From Phoronis australis (lineage: Eukaryota > Animalia > Phoronida): a stretch of DNA of 64,000 nt. This document shows, piece by piece, positions 12,198 to 24,878 of this stretch (positions are counted from its first letter, which is position 1; each line of letters starts with the position of its first letter). The notes beneath the pieces are model-generated. The model was not told the origin of the DNA. It worked only from the letters and a program-made list of their open reading frames with translations, and made no database searches. The translations under genes were made by a program, and so were the position numbers. The DNA lies in NCBI GenBank assembly GCA_002633005.1, contig NMRA01000387.1, positions 55,658 through 119,657 on the forward strand. The letters are read 5' to 3'.

Positions 12198-13497
12198 CTT
12201 GGAGAAACCGTGCGATACAAAACCCGTGAAAATTTCACCTAGTAGCAGCAACTTTTCGATAGGGAATAATATCGAAGTATCCATGATAACAAAGGATGTT
12301 TCCGTCTGATGAGATGAGAAAGCAGAAATATTATTGCAATGACATTTTTGGCCGAACCCTCCGTATTTACATTTGAATCGTAATCACATGTGATAGAGTA
12401 AATCTACATTAAAGGAGAATGCCACCCAAAGAACAACCTATTTTGTATCAATTTCGATCGAGTAGTTCTACTCCATAACGGTACGTTCGGTTGCGTTACC
12501 TGACACCTGACGGCAGACGGAGGTGTTGAAATTATCCAGTGACGTCATTGCTTTCACACGCAGTCTGTTCAGCAGTTCACAACACGGGTTACTGGTGTCA
12601 GCTTATCGCTTGAATTCATCGTTTAACACCGATAAATCATCAAACTTTGATGTAAAACCCTTAAAAATACACCAAGTTCTTATAAAAACGTGTTCTTTTA
12701 TTTCGCTGTTACGTGTTTATTGGTATTTGGACACACCGTAGCCTACAAAGCTCGGCAAGCTAATTTACCAAGGTTCGTAGCAGGAGTTTGGGGTCTGTTC
12801 AGAGATAAATTCGAAGTATTCTTCCGTGAAATACAAACAGGAGAACCGAGACTTATGTTGTTTAGACTTGTTATATTTTTGAGTTCCAAACACACAAAGC
12901 ACTTGTTATCCCGGACAGTGGCTCAGAACCAGATCAGGCCCGTCGCGGCCGCCGGGACTGGCACGAACATAAACCAGTTTGAGTTGGAAACTAAACCTCC
13001 AGACACGAAAAGACTATAATAGTGAGCTAAACAAATAATGTGCACGTAATTATTTATGTGAATTAGCCACGAAACTGAAAATCTACTTAATTGTCGGGGG
13101 CCGCGAAGTCGGGTTCCACTGATCGTCAGGGCAAAGATTGTACAGTAACAATGATTTGAATAATGTATTTGTATTTCTAAATAAACATTCCCCTAACATG
13201 TGAGCATAGCATATAAAATCGAGCAATTGTTTCACAAGAGCTTTCCGTTAGCAAACACTGAATTAGCATGAGCTCGCGCGACCTCGGTGCCCGGTCAATT
13301 ACCTTTATTGTCGGCATCAGAAGCGGGTAACGCAGTGGTTTATTCATTGCTGGCTTCTCAACATATGCACTCACGAATACTGCAAAGGCATTACAAATTG
13401 TATCTAATGATACAGACTTTGTTTCAGTTTTATATAAGCATTGGTTAGGATGACAACATTTCATTTTGAAACAGAACGCAGAATAATAAACGTCTAC

Positions 13498-13673
13498 ATG
13501 GCAACTCGCCCGGCGCCAATCCCGACTTAGTCAAGAGCTCATCCGACGAAGATATCACGGGTCGGATCGTTAGTTTCACAGGCTATCAGTTCGAACCGGA
13601 ATACACTGACCAAGAAATGCTAGGGAGGCGCCGTGAGCATGCACAGGCAACGGAACGTATGAATAGTTCTTAG
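13498..13673 (+). pseudogene. KolX-like accessory protein N-terminal remnant
   Basis: ATG at 13498, frameshift, then SSSDEDITGRIVSFTGYQFEPEYTDQEM. The YxFEP motif is typical of Kolobok KolX (P2X7-C-terminal-like) proteins. Confidence 0.55.
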
Positions 13674-13699
13674 GTAAGCCGGAATTCGTCAGAGAAATC

Positions 13700-13911
13700 A
13701 CTGTCAACGAAATGCCAGCCATGCAGACCCGAAGATGTTTTACGGCCTCATACTTGCTATTAACAGCGTACCTTTCATTCTTCACTACCGCGAACCACTT
13801 CATAAGCATTTCGGGCTCTCGAGGAAGTCGAAAAAACGATATACCTGCTTTCTTCGCAGCTTCATAGTTCGGAAAAGCGGGAACGATGCACCGCAATATA
13901 GCGACATTCAC
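13700..13911 (-). pseudogene. THAP zinc-finger remnant of Kolobok transposase
   Basis: RCIVPAFPN...GISFFRLPREPEMLMKWFAVVK...HLRVC: THAP signature (CxVPxC, FFRLP, W, xVC) with the second Cys lost and a frameshift before the His. Confidence 0.8.
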
Positions 13912-15229
13912 TCTGCAGACGAACCACTGACGTCGCTGTATCGTTTTTCACCTTCCTCAAAGGTTAACGCGACACCACTCGGCAAGGTGAGGTCGACCGT
14001 ATAAGAGGCGATTTAGATATAGACCGATAAAGACGATAAAAAGACTAAAAAAATCGGGTGGCATTCTCCTTTAACATGACATCAAAAGGCGGTGTAAATA
14101 TTCATCTAGCTGTAGCTTTACACTCGAGGGTGTTCGCGTTTACGTGGCAAATGTACATACCGTACGTAAAAATATACTCGGGTGTAAGCCGCACTAAGAT
14201 AATAGGGCTAAACTCTGTAGAATGAATGGCAGTGAATGTCCCCCTTTTGCTGGAATATGTATCAGTAATATGTTCCTAAAATAAGGATATGGACACTCAT
14301 GGTCATCTTATACCCTTAGTTTTACTGGAAAGTGTAAAAAATAGTCCAAAGATTCCAAATACAGTGACAGAACAGTGTACCTACCGGGTTGGTATAGAGT
14401 TGTAGAATGCAACCACCGCGTCGTCAAGCGAATTGTTTCCATATACATCGAACCGCCTGAAGCTCGTCTCTTGTCCTGTTTTGCCATCGAATACCACAAA
14501 TGTGTATCCCCTTCTTGTTACACTGTGTATGCGTCTACCATTTTTCTAGTATATAAAATGTGCTTCGGTGAACACGATTACATTTTGTCTGTGTGTCTTG
14601 GCCAAGGTCACTCGTTACAATATTCGTAAATTTTCGTATGGCGTTATCAAGTAATAGTTTTCGAATTGCCCGATAGTCACAACTTTCGAGGGGTTCCTTT
14701 TGCCACTAGACAGGGCACAATTTTTACTTCCGTTGGTAGCCAAAAATTTTACAACCGGTCAGCCCCCCCTCGGTCGCAACGACTTTTGAGAGGCCCGTGT
14801 GACTACACGGAGTCTGACCCCTATTTTTCCTGCGGGGTCCCAAACTGTAAACGCCTCTACCCCCCACCCCACAACTTTGGAACAGCCCTATCAGGGGATG
14901 GGACCTCAAGTTGCAGCTTATTTAGATTAATAGACAAACTGACTCTGTAAATTGTAAGTTGCTGACAGAACGACAGTAAAAGTACATGGGTTATGCAACA
15001 CATTTCCTGAGTGTTCTGAGGCAAGCAATAGTTTTCTGTAAAAGAGTATTTTGAAGCAAAATTGAGTGCGTCTTTTAAGACGATAAACAATAGTTAACTC
15101 AGTTGAAGAGAAAAAAAATTACAGTGTCGGATTGTCTATTACCCATGCACATAAGAATGGCAGCGAAATTATTGCGTAGATAACGCAAGGAAACTAACGA
15201 GCATGAGTGGTGGGCTCAGGCTGTTGTTT

Positions 15230-15500
15230 ACATACACGAAACATGCCGAGAGGCGTAGATAAAGTGATATCCCACGAGACATTATTCCGATACGTGGAAT
15301 AATGTCTCGTGGGATATTATCTTATCTACGCCAGTCGTGGTACGCTTTGTATTTATCCCATGCGCTTCGAATTCCTAATTGTCTTTCGTTTTCATTACTT
15401 CATCCAGACTGTTCACAGGGCGGAACACATCCTATATGTATGTACTTGCGCGTTGAGGTTACAAGTTTTTTCTGGTAAAAGACACAGTTTGGAATGCAAC
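15230..15500. repeat. Dispersed repeat family (Crypton-like non-autonomous?) also at 33262-33688 and 45990-47045
   Basis: Hairpin ATATCCCACGAGACATTATT...AATAATGTCTCGTGGGATAT. 15405-15495 is the reverse complement of 46785-46875. 33430-33680 is the reverse complement of 46005-46250. Confidence 0.55.
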
Positions 15501-17033
15501 GATTTATTACTTGGTAAGAGACAACAAAGATGAAAACAACGGAAAGTGTGCATTGATCTTGTAACATTTCCTGAAAATAGTTTAATACAATTATATTTGA
15601 TATTGTAGTTAACGAGGAATTGCATACTGAGTGTTATATATACTGCTGCAATTGTATTACCCGGTTTTATCCTGGTTGTACACATTTCGATTTTCTGATG
15701 TATTACTATTTTATTTATTTGCTATTATGTCTCATTTCCTTGACATCCATTTATATGTATTGTGCGCATAGCCAAATAAAATGATTCAATCAGTCAACAA
15801 AAAACTTCCTACGCTTATGTTCTACAAGTTTGCCTAGACATACCGATAACACTTTATTCTTAAAAACCGGTTCAACGCCCTTACCTTGGATGACGCATGA
15901 AAGCATTCCAAAAAATAACAAATTAATACAATAGTGATTCCATAGCCTGTTTTGTTTTCTCAAGGAAGAGTGCAGTTTTAATAACAAGGTTTTTGTTAGA
16001 TTTTACGATACCTTCCTTGCATTCCACTCACTTTTGCATAGCTATCCAAAGTGGTAAGTAACCTTATACACTGTTGTACCAGCTATAATATATAATGAAA
16101 CGCTTTCCAAAAAGACTTACCTTAATTTCAGGCCTGTATTTGCAATAGCGCGTGCATCTTCCATGTGGGAGCTTGACTACGTCGTCGAAACCTATTCCTT
16201 CGGCCACAAGGTCTATGAATCTGAACTTATATTGCTCTGCAAAGAATTAAATAAAATACACTTGGTCAATGCAAAAGTCTAGTATCCATTTATCCAAACA
16301 CTTTCACAACTATAGAAATTAACTCAAGAAAAGTGCACATTATCTGAAAAAAGACAACTTGTACAATTTGGATTTCATTTGGTCAATATGCCGCCGGCTG
16401 GGATACTTGACAATTTTTGTATAATTCAGCAAAAAGCAATGGTACAATCTTAACAAAACAACGAGATATGTAACACGACCAAATTTCGTTGCATAAAATG
16501 TTCAAGTTGAAACCTCACTAATGCTTTCACAGATTCCGTTGTAATATTGATAGCCATTCGCTTAGATCAATTTAAAGGAATCGATAAAATCATTTTGGAG
16601 AAGGTTGCACAAAGCATAGTATCTGAAAGTTTTATATGAAACCGATCTGCCGTCTCTGAGATATGCTGTTCCGAAGTTATCAAAATTGTGACACATGCTA
16701 TGGTTTCAAGTATTGTAAATTGAAAAATAGGTTTGATTTCTAATCTTTCATTACCGGGGATGTCACAACTGCGTGGAAACCACAGACGTATGCAGATTAT
16801 GCGGGTTTTAACGGGATCTCTACATGGGACGCAGCCGTGCTACCTCGCGACGTTTTGCTTTCGAAACAAATCTATTCTGATGATTTCACCCATCAAACCA
16901 AACTATCCCCCTTTGCCGAACCAATCTCGGTCTTAGTAATAAGTGGGGGGGGGGGGTGATGCTGAGCCGTAGGAGAACATTTCGTGAGTGTTTTTGCCTG
17001 GCAATTTACTTTTTTCTTGGCGGTTAAATAAAG

Positions 17034-17309
17034 NNNNNNNNNNNNNNNNNNNNNNNNNNNNNNNNNNNNNNNNNNNNNNNNNNNNNNNNNNNNNNNNNNN
17101 NNNNNNNNNNNNNNNNNNNNNNNNNNNNNNNNNNNNNNNNNNNNNNNNNNNNNNNNNNNNNNNNNNNNNNNNNNNNNNNNNNNNNNNNNNNNNNNNNNNN
17201 NNNNNNNNNNNNNNNNNNNNNNNNNNNNNNNNNNNNNNNNNNNNNNNNNNNNNNNNNNNNNNNNNNNNNNNNNNNNNNNNNNNNNNNNNNNNNNNNNNNN
17301 NNNNNNNNN
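17034..17309. other. Assembly gap (N run)
   Basis: Run of N; followed by the right end of a hAT-like MITE (GGATCCGCCCCTG ending 17379). Confidence 1.
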
Positions 17310-17499
17310 TTGTTGACTTGGCCCCCCCTTTCAAAAAGTCCTTGACCACCCCCCTTAAAAAATCCTGGATCCGCCCCTGCTGCGTTTGATCTTGACGGTA
17401 GTAAAACTGAATATTGTAAAAATAGTCTAAAACTGCGTGGCAAATGCACTCCACGGCATCATTCAGTCGCACCTATACCATGCAAGTCTGACATATTTA

Positions 17500-17750
17500 A
17501 GAGTTGAACCTGGGTCTGACCAAGTCTAAAGTTAAACATGGTTTAAGATCTTAATACAGGTCTAAAGAATATAGCCCTTGTGGGTGAAATGAAAACTGAC
17601 TTACACCAGGTCTAAACTGGAGTTAATCCAGGTTTTACTAGACCACTGGTGTAAAAGTTAAACCAACTTTATGAAATGCAGATTATCTTTAAACCTGGTC
17701 TAAGTCCAGTTTAAACCAGGCTTAACTTTAAACCACCTTTATGAAATCGG
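17500..17750. repeat. Degenerate GGTCTAA/TTAAACC iterations, Harbinger-MITE-like, private to U1
   Basis: Repeated GGTCTAA, TTAAACC and ACTTTATGAAAT motifs; absent from the other units. Confidence 0.4.
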
Positions 17751-17759
17751 ATGATAATG

Positions 17760-19208
17760 TTTCCAGTCTTCAATTAACGAACTGGTTGAAACCCTTTACT
17801 GACTTTCAAACAAAATGTAAATGATCTCAGCCAGTTGGTGGCTTCACTACAGTCTCATTTGATAGAAAACTCAATATCTTGAACGACCAAATCTGCTTTC
17901 AGATGAAAACCAGATAATTTTAAATGTTAATCTATGCAGATTTGGGGGTAACTATTGGCACAATACTCTGTTGTTATTATCATGCCTGAACACTAAAGGC
18001 CTGTGTGTGAAACTTTTATGAAAAAGGATTCGAGAATACTCCAGTTGCAACATATGTTTTAAAAGTTTTACATGTCCTGAAACTTTTTGGAAGCATCCTG
18101 AAAGAAGTTCTCAAAATGTAAACAATTGGAAACATTTCCGAAACATGTTTCAGAAAACTTACGTTTTTGGACCAATAAAGTAAGCAATTATCACGGTAGC
18201 CTCTAAGAGTTTCAGATATTCAGTGGGATTAAGAAAAAATAGAACATGTAGGAACAGAGTCCATGTTTGTACGCAGCAACATCTGAAGAGTACAATAACA
18301 GACTCACAAAGAAGGAAACAACTGAAAGGATTGTAGAGAATTTATTTTGTCTTTTTTCTCTTCTGATTAGTTGTTACATCCGTCATAGCACCTACATTAC
18401 ACAGCTTCACTCGGGTCTGTCACCCATTTTTCAATCACAAAGTCAAATTCCAAGCGTAATTTCTTGTATGATTTCTACAACATTTAGAAGCAAGTTGTAG
18501 GTTGTAGAAATTTAGCATAGTTTGGGAAGGGTAAAATAATAATCCACAATTTCTGACATGCTTCCGAAATGTTTTACTGTACAAATGCTTTAGATCTTCA
18601 AGTTAACCGTAACTGTCTACATGGTTCAACCACGTAGTACTGCCATTTGCTGGAATGATCAATCAAATTGCCAAACTTAACTAGCTGAATCGCCAAAATT
18701 TGTTTAAATTGTGTTGTGCGATGGTCTGCGTCCGCGAATACTATTTAGTGGCAAGCTGCGTGTATTGAGTGGTGCCACAGAACTACCCAAAAGCGTTCAT
18801 AAGATGTCTGGTTACATACGCCCAAACACCTTTGTCTTTCACGAAAATCGAAAGTATAATTTTGAAGGTTTAACCGGCCATAACTTAAAAGTGCAAATGG
18901 AATCCATAAAATGGAACTAGCACTGAATCGCACGGCCACTCTTGGCCAATGGTATTTGTTTTTGAAAGTGCAGAAATAATAAAAATGTTTCCTACTTTGA
19001 ACGAGTATTCATAATTCCAGAATCTTTCTATGATGTCACCCAACTGATTTTCTTCCATAGAGTCAACAAAAACATCTTTTTGGTCTTTCTTACTTTCAGT
19101 CTCTATCAGTCTGCTACTTTGGTTATCCAGTCGGTAATCTTGCTCATCCAGTCTGTGACCTTGACCCTTCAGTTTCAGATCTTGCTCTCTCATTCCTTCT
19201 TCAAGTAC
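17760..19208 (-). pseudogene. U1 decayed long exon beginning with a coiled coil (unknown family)
   Basis: Acceptor TCTTTACAG|GTACTTGAA, then VLEEGMREQDLKLKGQGHRLDEQDYRLDNQSSRLIETESKKDQKDVFVDSMEENQLGD..., open to 18885, then stops and frameshifts. Confidence 0.5.
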
Positions 19209-19629
19209 CTGTAAAGACATCATGAAACTGACTGGAGTCAACCGCTTGGTCTACCACAAATTCTAAAGATCAACCAGCATGTCTACCCGGAATTCTACAG
19301 CATCAAACGGACATTGATCAGATTTTATTCTAAGAACAAAATACAATTAAATTATACATTTCAAATCAAATCCAATTGAAATTATGCTATAAACTGAGAA
19401 GTTTTGAAAATTTTCTGATTGGTTACGCCTATTGCGTAGTAAAGTTGGGTGTTCAATTGGCATGTTGACTTACACCAGTGTGCTGAAATTGAAAAGAATT
19501 CCTGAAAAACGTAAGATATAACATTTTGAACGTTAGATGACGTTTGCACTAATTAACCCCATCCGGTGCATTATAAGCGTCTTTAGGAGAATTATTGCAA
19601 AGCCCATGAAAAATGTGTTTAATGCTGAG

Positions 19630-20197
19630 ACAAACAGTTGTCTAATGGTTGACTCATCAGAATACTTGGTGAATGAAAAGGTCAAATTTTCAGAAGAAAA
19701 ATGCACCTAATGACCCCATGTTTACACTAAATGACCTGAAACTTTGGATTCCGAATTGAATTATCTGTGCCAATCAGACCTGTGAATTGGAAGTGTCTAG
19801 CTCAAAATCTTAGTTTACACCTAATGACCTGTTTAACCTGATTGGATGACCCGATAACTTAGAAAAATAATGTTTTAAATAGACTTATTGACTTGTACCT
19901 GTGTACCGAATTTGAAAAGAATAGCTTTTAAAATGAAGAAGTAGCATTTTGAAAATTAGATGACCTTTGCACCAAACGACCTCTTCGGGTGCAATATGGA
20001 ATATGATTATATAACGAATCAAAATTTATGTACTGTCAAAAGTCATATGCTGAATTTAAAGAACGTATCTGAACCCAATTTGGAGTTCTTAAGTGTCAAA
20101 GTTGGTCGGAAGAAGAATAAGAATAAGAATAAGATGAATAAAATTGAAGAAAACCCAGGAACAACAGTACTCTGCGTTTGCAAGCGCAGAGTAATTA
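19630..20197 (+). mobile_element. Helentron/HINE-like non-autonomous element private to U1
   Basis: Repeated ATGACC motifs, an (AAGAAT)n microsatellite and a 3' hairpin TACTCTGCG-N8-CGCAGAGTA followed by ATTAAAA. Confidence 0.55.
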
Positions 20198-23099
20198 AAA
20201 TGTAAGACCATGTTGATTGACATTATGTCACCAAATGTATCGAGGTGTGTTTTATAGTAATTAATATAAAAAAGTTAAGAAATATTGGAACACTTGCTAA
20301 AATATCCAACTAGAGAGACAAAAAAATTGGTACAGTATACTTCAAAACGACGTTGTTAAATTTGAGCAGTACTGTACATCGGCGGGTCAAAATGTGAGTG
20401 TTTGGTGAGAGTATGTGTGCGCATGTTCTTTGCCTATTGTACTTTGATTCTGGGTTTTCACTAAACGAATACAATGCTGATATAAGGTCAATTTCTAATT
20501 AAGTGTCAGGACATATTGATTTACAGCATGTCAACAATGTATTGAGGTGTGTTTTATAGTACTTAACATTTAATAAAGCAAATTAAAAATAATGGAACGC
20601 TTGCTAGAATATCCAATTAGAAAGAAATTGCTACAGTGTACTTGAAACAACGTTGTTAATGTTGAGCAGCACTGTACATTGGCGGGTCAAAATGACCAGC
20701 TTTAGTGTATTAAGATAAAATAAGATTGAATCCGATTATTAAAGATGTTGTGTCACATTAATATCGTGAATATTTAAATTTGAAGCAAATGAAACTAATA
20801 ACTTCCCGTAGAACTGTGTGAACAAATAAAATCAGGAAAAGAAACAAATGAGCAAATAAATTGTGGTTTTAAAGAAAACATAACAACTTATACACTTAAA
20901 AACAGGTACGAGCATATAAAAATCTTTAAGTAATTCCAAATGTTACACAATCGTTATTTGATAGTGAAATAACGCAAATAATAAAGATTATGAATTGTTT
21001 CATTAGGGTAACAATGAAATATTACCGTACTCATTTACATGAAAATAATCTCGAAAAAAAGACTTTCGGGAGATTGTAATAGTAATTGGTTCTCGGATCG
21101 TTTCCAATACATTAGAGAACACAGGGTTCTTTCTCAATTAGCACTTCATTTGTATACTCGCATTTTAATGAGACTATGTATCTTCAAGCCATATGTAACT
21201 ATTACACCTCCATTCCGACCACAGTACTGTTCTAGAAAACAATCAGTGGATTTTTTATGACCGTTGCATGAATTTTTACGCGTAAGACTTGGAGTGGACA
21301 TTTTTAGTCATAATTTTATAACCTAGAAATGTTTGTAAATTTCCATTTCTCTAGAGAAGATGGCTCTCAAAAATGATAGTGTCAACATATCTTGAAAAAA
21401 TGTCTTCATTTTTGACAGTCAAGTTCCTGGCAGGGAAGGCCTTAAATGAAAATGCTTGAGGAAAAAACAGAAAAAAATTACACAATTTCAGAGTAGAAAC
21501 CCAGCCATACAATTACAGCCATGCACGTAAAATGATTCTGGGATCGTTAAGGATTTTCCAGATTTGTAGTGTTATTGGTCTACCACTAATTCTTAAGAAT
21601 TTATATGATAGTAATCATACCCGCCATATCACCAGGAGAATCCATGAGATATACTACCCCCGGAAGACCTTCCTAAAAACACCGCCAGCATGCCGTTTAA
21701 GAGAATATACGGAGGTTTTTCTTTCGAAAAGTCAATATTTCCCTCCACCCTTGCGACATCCTTAGATCTGTTAGTGTATTAACATCACGTGACGGTGGAG
21801 TCCCCCACTGAGAACACAGATGGGGCATGGAATGACTTACCAAAATCTTTCTTTGCAATGTGGCAATTTCTGAAAGTAAAAGAACATACAGGTCCTAAGA
21901 AATCATAAAAACAGTAATTCTTCTTATTGAAATTCTTTTGCTTGTTTCCCAAGAAGTAACCATAGTCACGGCTGAGATATAGGGGTTACGTTGTGCTGCT
22001 TATTGAAAGTTTCCATTGGTGAATCTACGATGTCTTGGACAAATCAGTTTGCACCAACAGCAAAAAACGAGGACTCCATAACGACAAAGTTTTCAGAATT
22101 ATTGCCATTGCTTGTTGATCGTTTGCAAATTACACTCAGGTTGTGACCCCAACTTTCGGAACATTCTAATGTCGTCAGTGTTCTTCGTCACAACATAACG
22201 TTAAAAAGGTTTACATGTATGAATCTGAACTTCTATTGCCCTGCCAAGAAAATAGACTTGGCCAATTTAAAATTATGTGCAGTATACAACTATAGAAAAT
22301 AACTCAAGGAAAGTGAATATTATCAGAAACCAAAATATTAGTAGAATTTGGTTTGAATTTTCGCTTTTTCAATGTGAAATTGATTGGGTTACTTGACGAT
22401 TTTATTTTTGTAAAATTCACCAAAAAGGATGGTGCAATCGTAACAAAAGAACGAGAAGTAACTCGACCAAATTTCGTTGGATAAAAATGTTCAAGATGAA
22501 ATTTCAATAATGCTGTCACAGATTTCGTAGTAAATTTAAAAGCTATAGTTTTGGCGGAAAATGAATTTCTAATCTATCATAACAGGGGATGTCACCACTG
22601 CGTCAAAACCACAGACGTATGCAGACTATACACGTTTCTTACAGAATCTCCGCCCGTGGCGCGAGAGTGTCTGCATTTGGCGATTCGACACAGCCGTTTT
22701 CACACAGCTGGGAAAATCCATCGCGTTACCTAGCAACGTTCTGCTTTCGAAAGAAATCCATTTTGTTGATTTTGCCCATCAATCCAAACTACCGGCACTT
22801 TGCTGAATCAATATCGGTTTTAGTAATCAATGGACCTGAGCTGTACGAAAAAATTCGTGACAATTTACTTTTTTCGTATGGGCTAAATAAAGTATTTAAT
22901 TCTCATTCATTATTTTAAAACACCGCATTTAGAATTACAAAACAAATGTGTTTTATGCGCAAACATGTATTTTACTGTTTTTGTGATTTCTAACAAAGGC
23001 TGTCATTAAAATCTAACTGAGATCGATGAGACAGAAATATTTATTTGTAGAGCTGTGACCCTAAAATTCCCAATACAATTTAAAATATATATTATTCTT

Positions 23100-23937
23100 T
23101 TTGTTTTACTTGTCCCCAATAATGAGCCACAACCTGTGACATGCTTACGAAATGTATTGCTGTACAAATGTTATAAGAGCCCAGAGCATGTAAAATTAAA
23201 AAGAGCTCCACCAGCTCAAGATTGTGGTCAAACAAGCAGAATTGTCGAAAAAATATTCCGAACAGATTATGCAAGTTGCTCCATTTCATGGGGCAAAGAA
23301 AGTAAAGGTGTCAGTATCTTCAGCCCAAGGTAACCTTAACTGCCTACATAGTTCAACCACGTAGTACTGCAATTTACTGGAACGATCAAATAAACTGCCA
23401 AAATTAACTCTCTGAACCGCTAAAATTTGGTCAAATTGTGTTGTGGGAGGCTTCTTTTGAAGGTCTGTGTCAGTGAATACTTTTACTAACAAGTTGCATG
23501 TCCGAGGGTGGTGTCATAGGACTACATAAATGCGTTTGTAAGATGTCTAGTTACATACGTTCAAAAACCTTTGTAAGCCTAAAATATAATTTTGAAGCTA
23601 TAATCTTTGGACTGCACATGTATATATCTTAAAAGTGAAATTGGGATGCATAAAATAGAACTAGCGTTGAATCGCGAGGTCGTTCTTGACCAATGGTATT
23701 TATTTTTGAAAGTATAGAAATAGTTAATGTTTCGTACTTTTAACGAGTATTCGTTATTCGTTATCACCCAGTTGACTTTCTTTCACAGAATCAACGAAAA
23801 CCTTTCTTTTGGCCTTACTTACTTTCAGTCTCCATCAGTCTGCTAATTTGGTTATCCAGTCGTTGATCTTGCTCATCCAGTCTGTGACCTTGACCCTTCA
23901 GTTTCAGATCTTGCTCTCTCATTCCTTCTTCAAGTAC
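23100..23937 (-). pseudogene. U2 copy of the coiled-coil exon
   Basis: Same acceptor (TTTACAG|GTACTTGAA at 23937) and VLEEGMREQDLKLKGQGHRLDEQDQRLDNQ; decayed downstream. Confidence 0.5.
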
Positions 23938-24878
23938 CTGTAAAGACATCTTGAAACTTATTGGAGTCAACCGGTAGGTCTACCCGGCAAATCTACAACA
24001 CAAAACAGACATTCATAAACTTTGATTCTAACAACAAAATAAATTAAAATATACATTGCAAATCTAATATCAATTTGAAATAGTGTTATAAACTGAAAAG
24101 TTTCAACATTGAAAATTAAAGAAATTGGGTTTATTCCAGAATTTCCAAATATATGGGCAATGCGAACTTATTTGATCAAAAATAAGTATATTCAAAATGG
24201 AAAAATATCTTTATTTCAGAAATTGTAAACCTTAAAATTTAATAAAGGTGGATCTTTTGTCTTCTTGAGTACCCATGAGTTCAAAATCACAATTTTATAG
24301 AAGAAACGCAGTCATACGATTACAGCCAAGCCTGCTATATCACCAGGAGAACCCGTAAGATACCATACCCCAAGCACATGACTAAAACACCGCTGGCATG
24401 CTTAAGAGATTACGCGGAGATTTTCCTTCAAAAAGTTAATATTTCCCCCCGTCCTTGCGACATCCTTAGATCCGTCAGTGTATTATCACCACGTGACGGT
24501 GGAGTCCTCTATTGAGAATGTAGATGGGGTATGGAATGACTTACCAAAATCTTTCTTTGCAATGTGGCATTTTCTGAAAGTAAAAGAACAAACAAGGGAA
24601 GGTACAGTCGTTAAGAAATCAGGAAGGCAGTTACCATTCTGATTGAAAATCTCTTGCTTGTTCCCCATGAAGTAACCTTAGTCACCTGTCTTGCATTTCC
24701 GGGTGAGATATATGGTTTTAGTTTCGGTGTGGCGGAACCACGATGTTATGGACGAGACAGCTCGCACCACCAGCACAAAAGAACGAGGACTCCAAGACGA
24801 CATTGCTTTTCCTAATTGCTTGTTGATCCTTTGCAAATTGCACTCCTTCTGTGACCCCAGCCTTAGCAACATTCTAAT

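Larger units (their letters stand above)
12413..14070. mobile_element. Kolobok DNA transposon, complete ends, internally deleted (1658 bp)
   Basis: Perfect 15-bp TIRs AGGAGAATGCCACCC / GGGTGGCATTCTCCT and TTAA TSDs (12409-12412, 14071-14074). THAP and KolX-like remnants inside. Confidence 0.9.

Noticed and set aside
16933-17472. Long ORFs in the ORF track (also 28448-29353 and the 466-aa length of 27896-29296)
   Set aside because: They are long only because they run through N gaps.
22589-22918. Plus-strand ORF recurring in array units (16733, 22589, 26689)
   Set aside because: Starts, stops and lengths differ among copies and there is no recognisable motif; it is the antisense shadow of the repeated unit.
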